From contig OX597814.1 in assembly GCA_951406725.2 (NCBI GenBank), positions 182,466,001 through 182,530,000 of the forward strand: DNA of 64,000 nt, given 5' to 3'. This document shows positions 52,260 through 63,148 of the stretch, in pieces. Each line of letters starts with the position of its first letter. Positions within the stretch are counted from its first letter, which is position 1. Both the position numbers and the translations under genes were made by a program. The notes below the pieces were generated by a model. That model made no database searches, was not told where the DNA came from, and saw only the letters and a program-made list of their open reading frames with translations. Origin of the DNA: Octopus vulgaris. Its lineage: Eukaryota.

Positions 52260-52622
52260 TCTGAGTTCTCCTTCAAACAGGGACAACGGTTTACAGTGAA
52301 AAGCAACTTCACATGTGCTTCGGAGAACCTAATATACTCACTAACCTGCTCCGGGTGTCAAGAGCAGTACATAGGCCAAACAAAAAATGGTTTGCGTAAA
52401 CGAATGGCCCTGCACAGATCCCAGATAAAAATTCCCCAAAACAGAAAAATAGCTTTTAGCCAACACATAGATACTTGCGCCAACAAAAAAACACCAAACT
52501 TCAGAATTTTCCCCCTCTACCAATTTAGGGACGATACAACCTCGAGACAACGAATAAGTAAAGAAAATCTCTTTATTATAAAATACAGGCCACTTCTTAA
52601 CGGGTCTACGACAAACAATTAA
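52260..52622 (+). pseudogene. Penelope GIY-YIG endonuclease domain (5'-truncated ORF remnant)
   Basis: FTCASENLIYSLTCSGCQEQYIGQTKNGLRKRMALHR..KENLFIIKYRPLLN: LIY..YIG motif with CxxC, catalytic R and E. Confidence 0.88.
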
Positions 52623-53162
52623 TATACCTCAACTTAAGAATAAAAGAAATATATATACACACACAAATATTACATTCCATAGAATCCATTACTAATCGCC
52701 CCATCACAGCTATATCTTCACCCATTCATATTCTCCCTTCTCTGTTTTTTCTTCTTCTTCTTCTTCTTCTTCTTCATCATCATCATTATCATCATCATCG
52801 TCGTCATCGTCATCACCACCATCATCATCGTCATCTTCTCCTTCTTCTTCTTCTTCATCGTCATCATCATCGGCACCGTCATCTTCTTCTTCTTCTTCTA
52901 CTTCTCCAACTTCTACCCCTCAACCTTGTCACTAATGTCTTTAAGTATAACACCTACGCAGCGACTGCCGGTCGCCACTGACCAGCCCAGATTTTCCCAC
53001 TCCCACCCCCTCAAGAACTCACAACGACCTCGAATACACAAGTGCAAACAAGGGAGTCAGAGAAAGGCAGAATGCCACCTATATCTGAACACTACTATGG
53101 AAGTATTCCTTTAAAAAAACCTTTCTTCTAATTTTTCTAAATTTTTCTAAATTTAATTATTT

Positions 53163-53215
53163 AATCGTTACAGTTGAAAAGGTCTCAAAATGACCGAAAC
53201 CGGTACTGAAAGATT
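53163..53215 (+). ncRNA. Type I hammerhead ribozyme (U3-A8 core variant)
   Basis: aatc-gtta-CAG | TTGAAAA | GGTC tcaaaat GACC | GAAA | C cg G | TA | CTG-aaa-gatt; palindromic stem III ACCGGT; GUA triplet. Confidence 0.7.
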
Positions 53216-53257
53216 CACTATAAAATCATCTTAGCATTTTCTATTTTTGACTTGTTT

Positions 53258-53288
<31 letters not shown>

Positions 53289-53289
53289 G

Positions 53290-53517
53290 TGTGGCCATTG
53301 CCAGTACCGCGCCACTTGACTGGCCCTTGTACCGGTAGCACTTAAAAGCACCCACTACACTCTCGGAGTGGTTGGCGTTAGGAAGGGCATCTAGCTGTAG
53401 AAACTCTGCCAGATCAGATTGGAGTCTGGTGCAGCCATCTGGTTCACCAGACCTCAGTCAAATCGTCCAACCCATGCTAGCATGGAAAGCAGATGTTAAA
53501 CGACGATGATGATGATG
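53290..53517 (+). mobile_element. RTE 3' UTR-derived repeat
   Basis: Same motifs and (gat)n tail. Confidence 0.8.
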
Positions 53518-53691
53518 ACATATATATATATATATATATATATATAGGATCTGTATGTGTGTCCGGATGTGGGTTAGATGGAGATCAAAAAGACAATAAA
53601 AGAAAGTAGATACAAAATATATATAATGGATGCCAATTCTTCACCCTTGAAATATTTTGCCTAATTTACTTTAAATTATAATTGATTGAAT

Positions 53692-55558
53692 TACGAATAT
53701 CAAAATGTTTCCGGACTAATTCTTTTGCATGCCAACAGATGGCAGCACACGGTTGCATGTGCAGTGACCTTCATGAGGAAATGTGCTGAGTGACATCACT
53801 GTTTACTTCACAAGTTGTGAAATTTGTGTTTTTGTGATCACATGAATGCTGTAGACTGTGATTTTTGTCATGAACAGGAACAAAGAGCTAATGAAAAATT
53901 TTGTGTTAAACTTGGGAAGTCTGCTAGAGTCACTGAGTATGCTTCAGCAAGCTTACAGAGATGAGGCAATGGATCATATCATAGGTGTAGGAGTGGCTGT
54001 GTGGTAAGTAGCTTGCTTACCAACCACATGGTTCCGGGTTCTGTCCCACTGCATGGCACCTTGGGCAACTGTCTCCTACTATAGCCTCGGGCCGACCAAG
54101 GCCTTGTGAGTGGATTTGGTAGACGGAAGCTGAAAGAAGCCCTTCGTATATATGTATATGTATATATGTGTGTGTGTCTGTGTTTGTCACCCCCCCAACA
54201 TCACTTGATAACCAATGCTGATATGTTTACATCCCTGTAACTTAGCAGTTTGGTAAAAGGGACCAATAGAATAAGTACTAGGCTTACAAAGAATAAGTCC
54301 TGGGATTGATTTGCTCGACTAAAGGCGATGCCCCAGCATGGCCGCAGTCAAAATGACTGAAACAAGTAAAAGTGTAAAAGAATGTTTCAAGCTGCACAGG
54401 TGCTTTAGAAGTGGAAGAGCATCCCTGGGGAAGATGATGAGTGATCTAGAAGACCTGCCATAAGCATCACTCCTGGAAATGTGGATAAAATTCAGCATTT
54501 TGTTCATGAGGATCATCAGAAGACAATCAATGACATTGCTCATATTGTTGGTCTGTCATGTGGGTCTGTGCAGGGAAGGCAGCGAGCTGGCAGAAACGAT
54601 AGCACGCTGGGCGAAATGCATAGCCGTATTTCATCTGCCGTTACATTCTGAGTTCAAATTCCGTCGGGGTCGATAAATTAAGTACCAGTTACGCACTGGG
54701 GTCGACGTAATTGACTTAATACTTATGTCTGTCCTTGTTTGTCCCCTCTATGTTTGGCCCCCTGTGGGTAATAAAGAAATACATATTTCGTCTGCCATTA
54801 CGTTCTTAGTTCAAATTCCACCGAGGTCGACTTTGCCTTTCATCCTTTCAGGGTCGATACCAGTTACGCACTGGGGTCGATGTAATCAACTTAATCCCTT
54901 TGTCTGTCCTTGTTTGTCCCCTCTGTGTTTAGCCCCTTCTGGGTAATAAAGAAACATATGGGTCTGTGCAGGCATTGTTTCAACTGGCATGGGTACTTCA
55001 AAAGCAGAAGAATGTCCCTGGAAGGCCCTGCCATGAGCGTCACTCTCAGAAATGTGGTGCTGAGAATTTGTTCCCCCAGGGTCAAACCATCGATCAAAAG
55101 TTCTACTGTGACATTTTGAAGCATTTGATGGAGGACATTTGGCAAAAGCTACTGGATTCGTGGAGCACAAAGAATTGGATTCCTCAGAATGACAATGCAC
55201 CCTGTCACCAAGCTCTCCTCACTTGTGATCCCTCATAAAAAATAACATGGTATCACTTCCACACCTACCCTGTTCACCAGATTTAGCCCCTGTAGACCAC
55301 CATCTCTTCCCCAAGAAGAAAATGCAGCTCAAAGGTCACTGTTTTAATGCTGTTGTTGAGATCTAGAGCAAATTGCTGAAGGTCCTTGACTTGCTTACAG
55401 AAAATGACTTCCGTGCTGGGTTCCATAAGTGACAGGAACGCTGGGACCACTGTATTGCTGTGCAAGGTGTCTATTTTGGAGGAGATGTTAAACTTAGGTA
55501 AATAAGTTACTTTTTATTAAACATAACTAGTCCAGGAACCTTTTGATACCACCTCATA
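53692..55558 (+). mobile_element. Decayed mariner transposon interrupted by SINEs A (53981-54380) and C (54576-54955)
   Basis: Fragments EQRAN.KFCVKLGKSA, MLQQAY, VPQGQTIDQKFYCDILKHL, NWIPQNDNAPCH, PCSPDLAP (YSPDLAP-like); imperfect TIRs tatcaaaatgtttccggacta / tagtccaggaaccttttgata. Confidence 0.8.
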
Positions 55559-55699
55559 TAATAGTAAAATACTAATGACTAGTGTCATAAATTACTTTTG
55601 TGAAAACTTTGAAATACAGATTTTGATAAACTATTATCAATTGTGAACTTGTTATAGTTTATTGCAAAATTTATTAGTGAGAAGAAATAATCAAGCATA

Positions 55700-55945
55700 G
55701 GGCAGTGAACTGGCAGAATCGTTAGCACACTGGGCGAAATGCTTAGCTGTATTTTGTCTGCCGTTACGTTCTGGGTTCAAATTCCGCCAAGGTCGACTTT
55801 GCTTTCATCCTTTTGGGGTCGATGTAATCAACTTAATCTGTCTGTCTGTCCTTGTTTGTCTCCTCTGTGTTTAGCCCCTTGTGGGTAGTAAAGAAATAGG
55901 TATTTCGTTTGCCATTACATTCTGAGTTCAAATTCCGCCAAGGTC
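55700..55945 (+). mobile_element. SINE family C
   Basis: ggcagtgaactggcagaatcgttagcac..gttcaaattccgccaagg..gggtagtaaagaaata. Confidence 0.8.
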
Positions 55946-56134
55946 AGGGAGATTTAGCACACCAATTGTGACAAGGCTAGGCCATTGAAACATAAGTACT
56001 ACTCATTTTTGCCAGCTAAGTGGACTGAAATAATGTGAAATAAAGTGTCTTGTTCAAGGATGCAATTAGCTGCCAGGAATGGAACTCACAACTGTTGTAT
56101 GGGTCTGTGCAGTCAATGTTTCAACTGGCATACT

Positions 56135-56362
56135 CTCTCTTTTACTTGTTTCAGTCATTTGACTGTGGCCATGCTGGAGCACTGCCTTTAGTCAAGCAAA
56201 TCGACCCCAGGACTTATTCTTTGTAAGCCTAGTACTTATTCTATCGGTCTCTTTTTGCAGAACCGCTAAGTTACGGGGACTTAAACACACCAGCATCAGT
56301 TGTCAAGCGATGTTGCAGGGGACAAAGACAGACACACAAACATGTACACACACATACATATA
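56135..56362 (-). mobile_element. SINE family A 3' half
   Basis: Reverse complement of the family A tail. Confidence 0.8.
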
Positions 56363-57788
56363 TGGGCACTTCAAAAGCAGAAGAATATCCTTGGAAGACC
56401 TGCCATGAGTGTCACTCTCAGAAATGTGGTATTGTGCATTGAGAATTTGTCTCCCCGGGTCAAGCTGAATACCATAACCACTAAGCCATAAGCCTTCACA
56501 GCATTTATTATATTACTTGCAAGTATCCAATCTGACTTTTAAATCCTTCCAGAGTTGACTGTCCTTTCATCACTCAAAAAACTACAAAATGGTACCAATA
56601 ATATTCTAAAACGAATGCAGTTAACTATATCACTTTCTTTAGTGAAAAATATTCCATGGATTTTGGGTTTTTTTTTTAGAGAAATAAATATTCTATCATG
56701 AATTACATAGGATACTATATAGCATGATAACCAGATAAATCCTTGTATGAAAGTATTCTTATACATTGAAAATATATTCCCATACTTCAGACATATCTTA
56801 AGTTTAGTTGTAGAATAATAATATTAGAGCAGACATGAGCATTAATCAATTTTCTTCTCCTTATAAATCTGAGGCATTATACTTACCTTAAAAAAATAAA
56901 TATGACACCTTATTAGAGAGACAGTGATGGCCAAGACATTAAAGTACCTTACAGTAAGGCACTATCATCCTTCTAGTTTCTTCATTTAAAACCCTTTGGG
57001 ACTTTATCCGATGTGACTCTGAGGTCAATAAAATAAGTAATGCAATATGATTAAAACATTAGCTTTGTGCAGAGGTAAGAAACCAACTTGTACATCTAGA
57101 TGTGATTTCATTGTAATTTACCATGTGTAGCAGCATTTTGATGTCCAATTTTCTATTCTGACATGGGTTGGATGGTTTATCTATGACTGTTTTACAACTA
57201 CATGGCCTTCCTTGTCACCAAGTCTTTTAATAACTCCTTACAACACTCATAGATGCTATGTAATTATTCTAAAATTGGAATACACAAAGTAAAGGTAAAA
57301 AAAAATGGTAATGGTTGCCTCCTCAAGTCAGGCTTATTCATAATGGCTGGTTTCTTGGTTTATAAATTCCTTACCTGAAGGGACCCTGGTTCTTTGCTGA
57401 ATAACTCATTTTTGCCAGCTGAGTATACTGGAGCAACGTGAAATGAAGTGTTTTGCTCAGGAACACAATGCATTACCCGGTCCAGGAATTGAAACCACAA
57501 TCCTACAATCATAAGTCCAAAACCATGCCTCCACTAATACACAAAATAATGTAATTCTTCAGCAAAATTACTGGAAAATAAAATATGGAACCTAGTTTTG
57601 ATTCTTAATTGAAATATACATATTGATTGTACTAATATTACTTGTCAATAAAGGCATTTCCCTAAGCCCCGTAAACTTTAAGGGTGTTAAAGTTGTTAGG
57701 TCATTTTACACAGTTATGTTTAATAGCACATTTCTAGTAATATTGGTTAGCAGTTGATAAAATTAATTAATTTTATATTCTTTTCCAG

Positions 57789-57826
57789 ATGAATTTGGGA
57801 ATTAGTTCTGATGTCTTAAATCTATG
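57789..57826 (+). CDS. Internal coding exon (MNLGISSDVLNL-W) of the VTD-like gene
   Basis: Strong acceptor attcttttccag and donor TG|gtgagt. 38 nt, phase 0 to 2, which exactly complements the phase-2 acceptor at 61830 (TG+G = Trp). Confidence 0.7.
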
Positions 57827-58364
57827 GTGAGTTGAGATCCATGCAAATATCAAAATTAACAGAGCCAGATATAAAGAGTTGTATAGAATCTGATAGCTTT
57901 ATGAGGTTTATGTGTCTATATATCGCACACACACACACACCAACACACATGAAAGTATGTTAGCATGCATGAATGACAGAGTATTAAAGAGCTGAGAGAG
58001 AAAAGCTGATTGAAAGAGAGATGACTGCACTGGTATGGTCATGTGTATGGAGGATGACAACTATATAAAGAAGTGCTGCATGCTTAAAGTGAACGGATCC
58101 TTTGGGAAAGAGAGATCAAGAAAGGCTTAGGATGAAGTGGTGAGAACTGATCTCAAGAATTTGCATTTCACATACAAAGGATTGTGTTGACCAGGGATTC
58201 ATAGTATTGGAGAAGAATTGATTATGGAAAACCCAACCAGCAGTACAAACACAATAGATTGAAAGTGACAAAAATGGTAGTAGTGATATTGACTGCGATA
58301 TTGTAATCTATATCTATGCATATGTATGTTTGAGAATGTGCCTGCACACACACACACACACATA

Positions 58365-58702
58365 GTGAAGACGCATGGATCAGTGGTTAGAGCATTGAGC
58401 TTACGATCGTGAGGGTGTGAGTTGGAATCCCAGACCAGGCTGCATGTTGTGTTCTTGAGCAAGACACTTTACTTCACGTTGCTCCAGTTCACTCAGCTGT
58501 AGAAATGAGTTGCGACGTCACAGGTGCCAAGCTGTATTGGCCTTTGCCTTTCCCTTGAATGACACTGGTGGCATGGAGAGGGGAGGCCGGTATGCATGGG
58601 TGACTGCTGGTCTTCCATAAACAACCTTGCCCGGACTTGTGCCTGGGAGGGTAACTTTCTAGGTGCAATTCCATGGTCAGTGTCGTGACCGAAGGAGGTC
58701 TC
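58365..58702 (+). mobile_element. tRNA-derived SINE (head related to family D)
   Basis: gtgaagacgcatggatcagtggttagagca..gagttggaatcccagacc..gttcttgagcaagacact. Confidence 0.7.
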
Positions 58703-58816
58703 AGATATATCAATACAGATGATTGTTATCAAAATTCAAGCTTCTTTTTTTATTAATTTGTTCAAAATTATAAAACAATATTTCTTGCTATTTAAAAATA
58801 GAAATGGAAGGGCTTA

Positions 58817-59076
58817 TGTAGCAAGTCTTAATAAACCTTTACTGGCGGTAATATGATGTCATGGTCATTTTGGCAGAATAGGTATAATTATTAGTTTCCC
58901 ATTGGTTAAAATTACTGCCCATATTTGAATTCTAACTTTCGTCAAAGAGAAATATGCTTTTTAGAATTCAGATATGGGCAGTAATTTTAACCAATGGAAA
59001 ACTAATAATTATACCTATTCGGCCAACATTACTACATCATATTACCGCTGATAAAGGTTTCTTAAAACTTGCTACA
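58817..59076. mobile_element. Fold-back MITE-like inverted repeat (~118-bp arms, 25-nt loop)
   Basis: 58817-58935 is the reverse complement of 58961-59076 with scattered mismatches. Confidence 0.8.
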
Positions 59077-59416
59077 ATATATACATATATATATTATATG
59101 TATATATGTGTCAAAATAAGCAACAAGGATACCCAGAGGTAAGGCAGTACGATTGTTTCATGCAACTCCATTTAATTGAGCAATGCAGCTATTACATCAA
59201 TTTAAATGATAAAACTAGTCTATAAATTAAAACTGACCCCATATAAAAGTGACAAGCAAAATCTGTAACAAGTCTTTCTTCGTGATAACTTAGTAGCTTC
59301 TAAGTGGAAGGAAAGGCAGCATGTTCTTTGTCTATCTCCTTAACTTTTTGGAGATTTTAGGTAAAAGTATACTAATGTGTCCATCTGTTTTAATTTAATT
59401 AAATTCTATGTCTTTG

Positions 59417-59502
59417 TGCAGCTGAGGATTGCTCTACATTTAAATTGATGTAATGGTTGCATTGTTCAATTAAATGGAGTTGCATGAAATGATCGTACTG
59501 CA
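59417..59502 (+). ncRNA. Type I hammerhead ribozyme candidate with a long stem II
   Basis: TGCAG | CTGAGGA | 57-nt hairpin | GAAA | T gatc G | TA | CTGCA. Confidence 0.65.
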
Positions 59503-59638
59503 TTACATCTGGATAGCCTTGTTGCTTATTTTGATTCTAATCACCTTATTTTGAAATTGTATGGATAATACGTCTGGTACCACAACCTAAGTACCATATT
59601 CATCTGAATCTAAATTTTTGCTGAACTCATATGTGTAT

Positions 59639-59684
<46 letters not shown>

Positions 59685-59928
59685 AGAGAGAGAGAAATAA
59701 GTTAAAAAAAAAACAATTCAAACTTTTTGAGAAATCCAAAAAGAGAGAAAGAATGATGTCTAATAAAGATTCATCATATTCATAAAAATACAGCCAGAGC
59801 AAGTAATAAGAATATGAAAATAGTAGTTGAAAAATATCGTTATAGGTATAAATATACCATAAACAAGTATTAAAAAAATGGAGGAGAAAATGGTGTTGCA
59901 TCAAAATTAGATTTAATACAAAATAGGA

Positions 59929-60035
59929 TTCAATACATATGTGTGTTTCAAAGGACAATACAAATATGTAAGAAAAAAATTATAATCATAGTAATTATAA
60001 TTAAATTTATGCATTGTCAGTCTCATCAGTGTGAA
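59929..60035 (-). ncRNA. Degenerate type I hammerhead candidate with a long stem II
   Basis: Minus strand: ttcaca | CTGATGA | gact-gacaatgca...tgtattgtc-cttt | GAAA | CA cacata TG | TA | ttgaa. Confidence 0.45.
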
Positions 60036-60456
60036 GAATTTTTGGAAGGACATCAAAAAAGGTTTGATAAAATAAAGTAAATTAAAATAAGATACAATAA
60101 GGGAGAATACAAAAGGGGTAATAGGGAAAAATCAGATATTTACAAGCAAGTTGTAAAAGGGAAAAAATAACTAATAATAATAGTGAGAGAGATGAAAGAG
60201 AAAAAAATAGACATAGCAATGTGTATGCATGTCTATATGTGCAGTAAACTGTAACATAAAAATAATTTAATTGAACAAAGCAATCATTATATCAGTGAGT
60301 GCATTGTTCAATTAAATGGAGTTGCATGAAACGATTGTACTGCATTACCTCTAGATATCCTTGTTGCTTATTTTGATTTTAATCACCTTACTTCGAAATT
60401 GTATGGATAATACCATACTAAATTCTGGTGCCTCAACTTAAGTACATTATTCATCT

Positions 60457-60850
60457 GTATATAAATATATATATATATATATGTGTGTGTACGTATATAT
60501 ATATATATATATAAATATATATATATATAAATATGTATAAATATATATATATATATATGTGTATGTATATATATATATAAAAATGTGTATGTATATATGT
60601 ACGTATATGTATATATGTGTATGTATATATGTACGTATATATATATGTATATATGTGTATGTATATATGTACGTATATATATATGTATGTATATATGTAC
60701 GTATATATGTATATGTACGTATATATATTTATGAATATATGAATATATCTATATGTGTGTGTGTATGTGTATTTATGTGTGTGTGTGTGTGTATATATAT
60801 ATGTGTGTGTGTGTGTCTGTATATATATATATAGATATATTTATATGTAC
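60457..60850. repeat. Compound (TA)n/(TG)n/(TATG)n microsatellite
   Basis: Low-complexity tract. Confidence 0.9.
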
Positions 60851-61234
60851 ATCTGCGAAATCATAATGGTATGCCCTATAATTTGAAAATCTATATGGTC
60901 GTATTCATCTGAGAGCGCTCTACTTCAAATTGATGTAATGTCTTCATTGATTGAATAGCTTGCAATGCTCGTTGCAGCAGAAATTTCTGTAAGCTACTAA
61001 AGCTCATTGCATAATTTTGCATAATTTCCTGTTCCCTTGTCTTTTATGTATTCTCATTCACATGTGTAGGAAATTTTTGTTTTTATTTATAGGTCAAATA
61101 GACCATAAAAATCATTTTCTTTAATAGGTATCCATGTTTCTGTTTCTCCTACATGAAGAAGTTACAAGAATATCCCAAGAGAAATATTTATCTCAACCAC
61201 AGTAACTCATTTTTCTCACTCAATCTAGCTTATC

Positions 61235-61644
61235 GGATCTTTTCGGTTTGAACGGCAGTTTTTTCAAATAATTTCCACGTAACTAAACACTTTTAAATTT
61301 CGTATACTGGTAGAATGTGTTTATAAAACATCTTTTTCTCTTGGCTTTATTGAGAAAATTCTATGGTTTGTAAGATATTTGTTGTTGTTTTTCTTCAATT
61401 TCTGCAATTTCAAGCAATCAATGACGTCTATTGAGGTGAAAACATTCTGTGCCGTATGAATATGTCCCTCGTTTAAGAAACAGATTGGGTTTATTTACAT
61501 TTCTGAAGAAAAAAAGATACCCTTCCCCCCACCCCTAACCCTAACACAGATTGAAATGCAATAGATCGCTACTAGTGTCATAATTATGGGTGACAATTTC
61601 ATATGACACCGCTAGAAAAACTGCCTTTCAAACTGAAAAGATCC
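61235..61644. mobile_element. Merlin-like MITE (opposite orientation to the 45456 copy)
   Basis: TIRs ggatcttttcggtttgaa / ttcaaactgaaaagatcc; TSD agcttatc / agcctatc. Confidence 0.85.
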
Positions 61645-61829
61645 AGCCTATCAAATTAATCACAGTAGGACACCTTTTCAATAACCACGAGACACAGTAT
61701 GAATCTTTGTTACCTACTCTTTGTCAACCCCCACCACACATAAATAAACATTTCAATGATCAAGAATAACAACAAATTTTACTACTGTTGTTTCATTATT
61801 AACAATTATTTCACTTTCACTTTCAACAG

Positions 61830-62568
61830 GCCAATTATTCGGCAAGCAGCAACTCCTCTAACGCCCTATGAAACAGAATATTTACAACCTTATCTTGCAT
61901 TTCCCAGAAACTATGCTTGTTATCCAAAGGAGAAGGACGTACTAGGTGCTAGCTTTCATGATGGAAACATACCAAAATATCTATATATTGCTAAGTTCCC
62001 AGGACATCAAAATCTGACGACAGCTTTATGCATGATTACTCAAACAATACTCAGCAATATTGAGGAATGGGATGAGCATACACTTGATCGGATTTTGGTC
62101 AACGGATGTAAATTACATGAAAAATGCCTGAAGAGACGCCAAGCAATAAACGATGCATATTCATTAGAAATCCGGCATTTACCAACATTTATGGTATATG
62201 ATAATTCATGCACATTTCAAATTGTATATAGCAACCCAACATATGGAAATATAATGAGTGACTGTAAAGGAACTGAGAAAAGGAAGACTTTGTATAATGC
62301 ATTGAGTAGTGCATTCTTTCAAAGAATTCATGGTGTGATTTTAAAACTGCAAGGTTTTGCTATGAGTATAGTTCGTCATAAAGCATCAATTTTCTATCTA
62401 TTCGATAGCTTTCCAAAAGATAACATTGGCAGATTTGACCGATTTGGTACGGCCAAATTGCTTAAATTTTGTCATTTGAAAGCACTTGCGAAATACATAG
62501 AGAATGAATTTTTGTGGGCACTTCCATTCACATTAGTTTCTATTCGAATGGTACGCATAAATTTATGA
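61830..62568 (+). CDS. Terminal coding exon: viral-tegument-like deubiquitinase (VTD / peptidase C76-like) domain, predicted catalytically dead
   Basis: Intact 245-codon frame after acceptor ttcaacag. Motifs ASFHDG (cf. SxHQG), GHQNL (cf. GxQC), W....LDRILVNG..L, L..RHLP, L.NAL...F, FYLFDSF (cf. FDSH/FDPH), G...GTA....F. AATAAA at 62731. Confidence 0.75.
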
Positions 62569-62850
62569 AATCATAACAGACGAAGTAATTCTTAAATCAT
62601 AAAACAAATGACTCATGTTTGGAAGATATGCACAAATTTATGAACTCATTACAGATAAATATTTATTATTTAAGAAAAAAAAAAAACTCACCTACACACA
62701 ATACCCTCACAAAAAAAAATGTACTAGTGTAATAAACATTGGAAGAAAATGTTGACATAAAAAAAAAGTGAACTATTTATTACCTTTGTTTATTTTTACA
62801 TGACCCTTGTTTTTCATAACTGCACTCATCATACAAATTGAGTACTCATT

Positions 62851-63148
62851 TCAACTATGATCTTTCCGGTCCATAAGTGTTAAAACTACAAAAGCCAAGT
62901 ACAGAGGTTTATCTTTGGCTAGGTATTTCTCCTGCAGCTGTCTTATCAGAAATATAGCATCAGTGGTGCTTTTCCCTTGCACGAACCCAAACTGCATCTC
63001 ATCTAGACTGACTCTTTCCCTAATTAGTTGGGCTATGACCCTCTCCGTAACCTTCATTACCTGATCCAACAACTTGATACCTCTGTAATTATTTGTATCT
63101 AGAGCGTCACCTTTACCTTTGTAGTAGTTGACTATGGTGCTGCTACAC
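62851..63148 (-). mobile_element. RTE reverse transcriptase fragment
   Basis: YKGKGDALDTNNYRGIKLL..MKVTERVI..QFGFVQGKSTTDAIFLIRQLQEKY..LYLAFV. Confidence 0.9.

Larger units (their letters stand above)
51630..53269 (+). mobile_element. Penelope-like element: 5'-truncated ORF (GIY-YIG) between ~630-bp inverted pLTR/3' UTR copies
   Basis: Arms 51630-52260 and 52613-53269 are near-identical reverse complements; the spacer encodes a GIY-YIG domain; (TA)n flanks. Confidence 0.9.
59111..60458. mobile_element. Penelope-type pLTR remnants in inverted (59111-59207) and direct (59437-59610, 60300-60458) arrangement
   Basis: Three related copies of gcattgttcaattaaatggagttgcatgaaacgatcgtactgcattac..ccttgttgcttattttga. 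Confidence 0.6.

Noticed and set aside
51775-53114. Twin 62-aa ORFs (51775-51963 minus, 52926-53114 plus)
   Set aside because: A by-product of the Penelope inverted repeat UTR; non-ATG start and no domain.
60905-60995. Sequence related to the 59417 hammerhead (ctgagagcgctctac..gaaatttc)
   Set aside because: The core is corrupted and there is no stem I; treated as a decayed relative.
61756-61829. ORF-track start codon MIKNNNKF.. for the 270-aa ORF
   Set aside because: This part is an intronic branch-point/polypyrimidine region ending in acag; a phase-compatible upstream exon exists.
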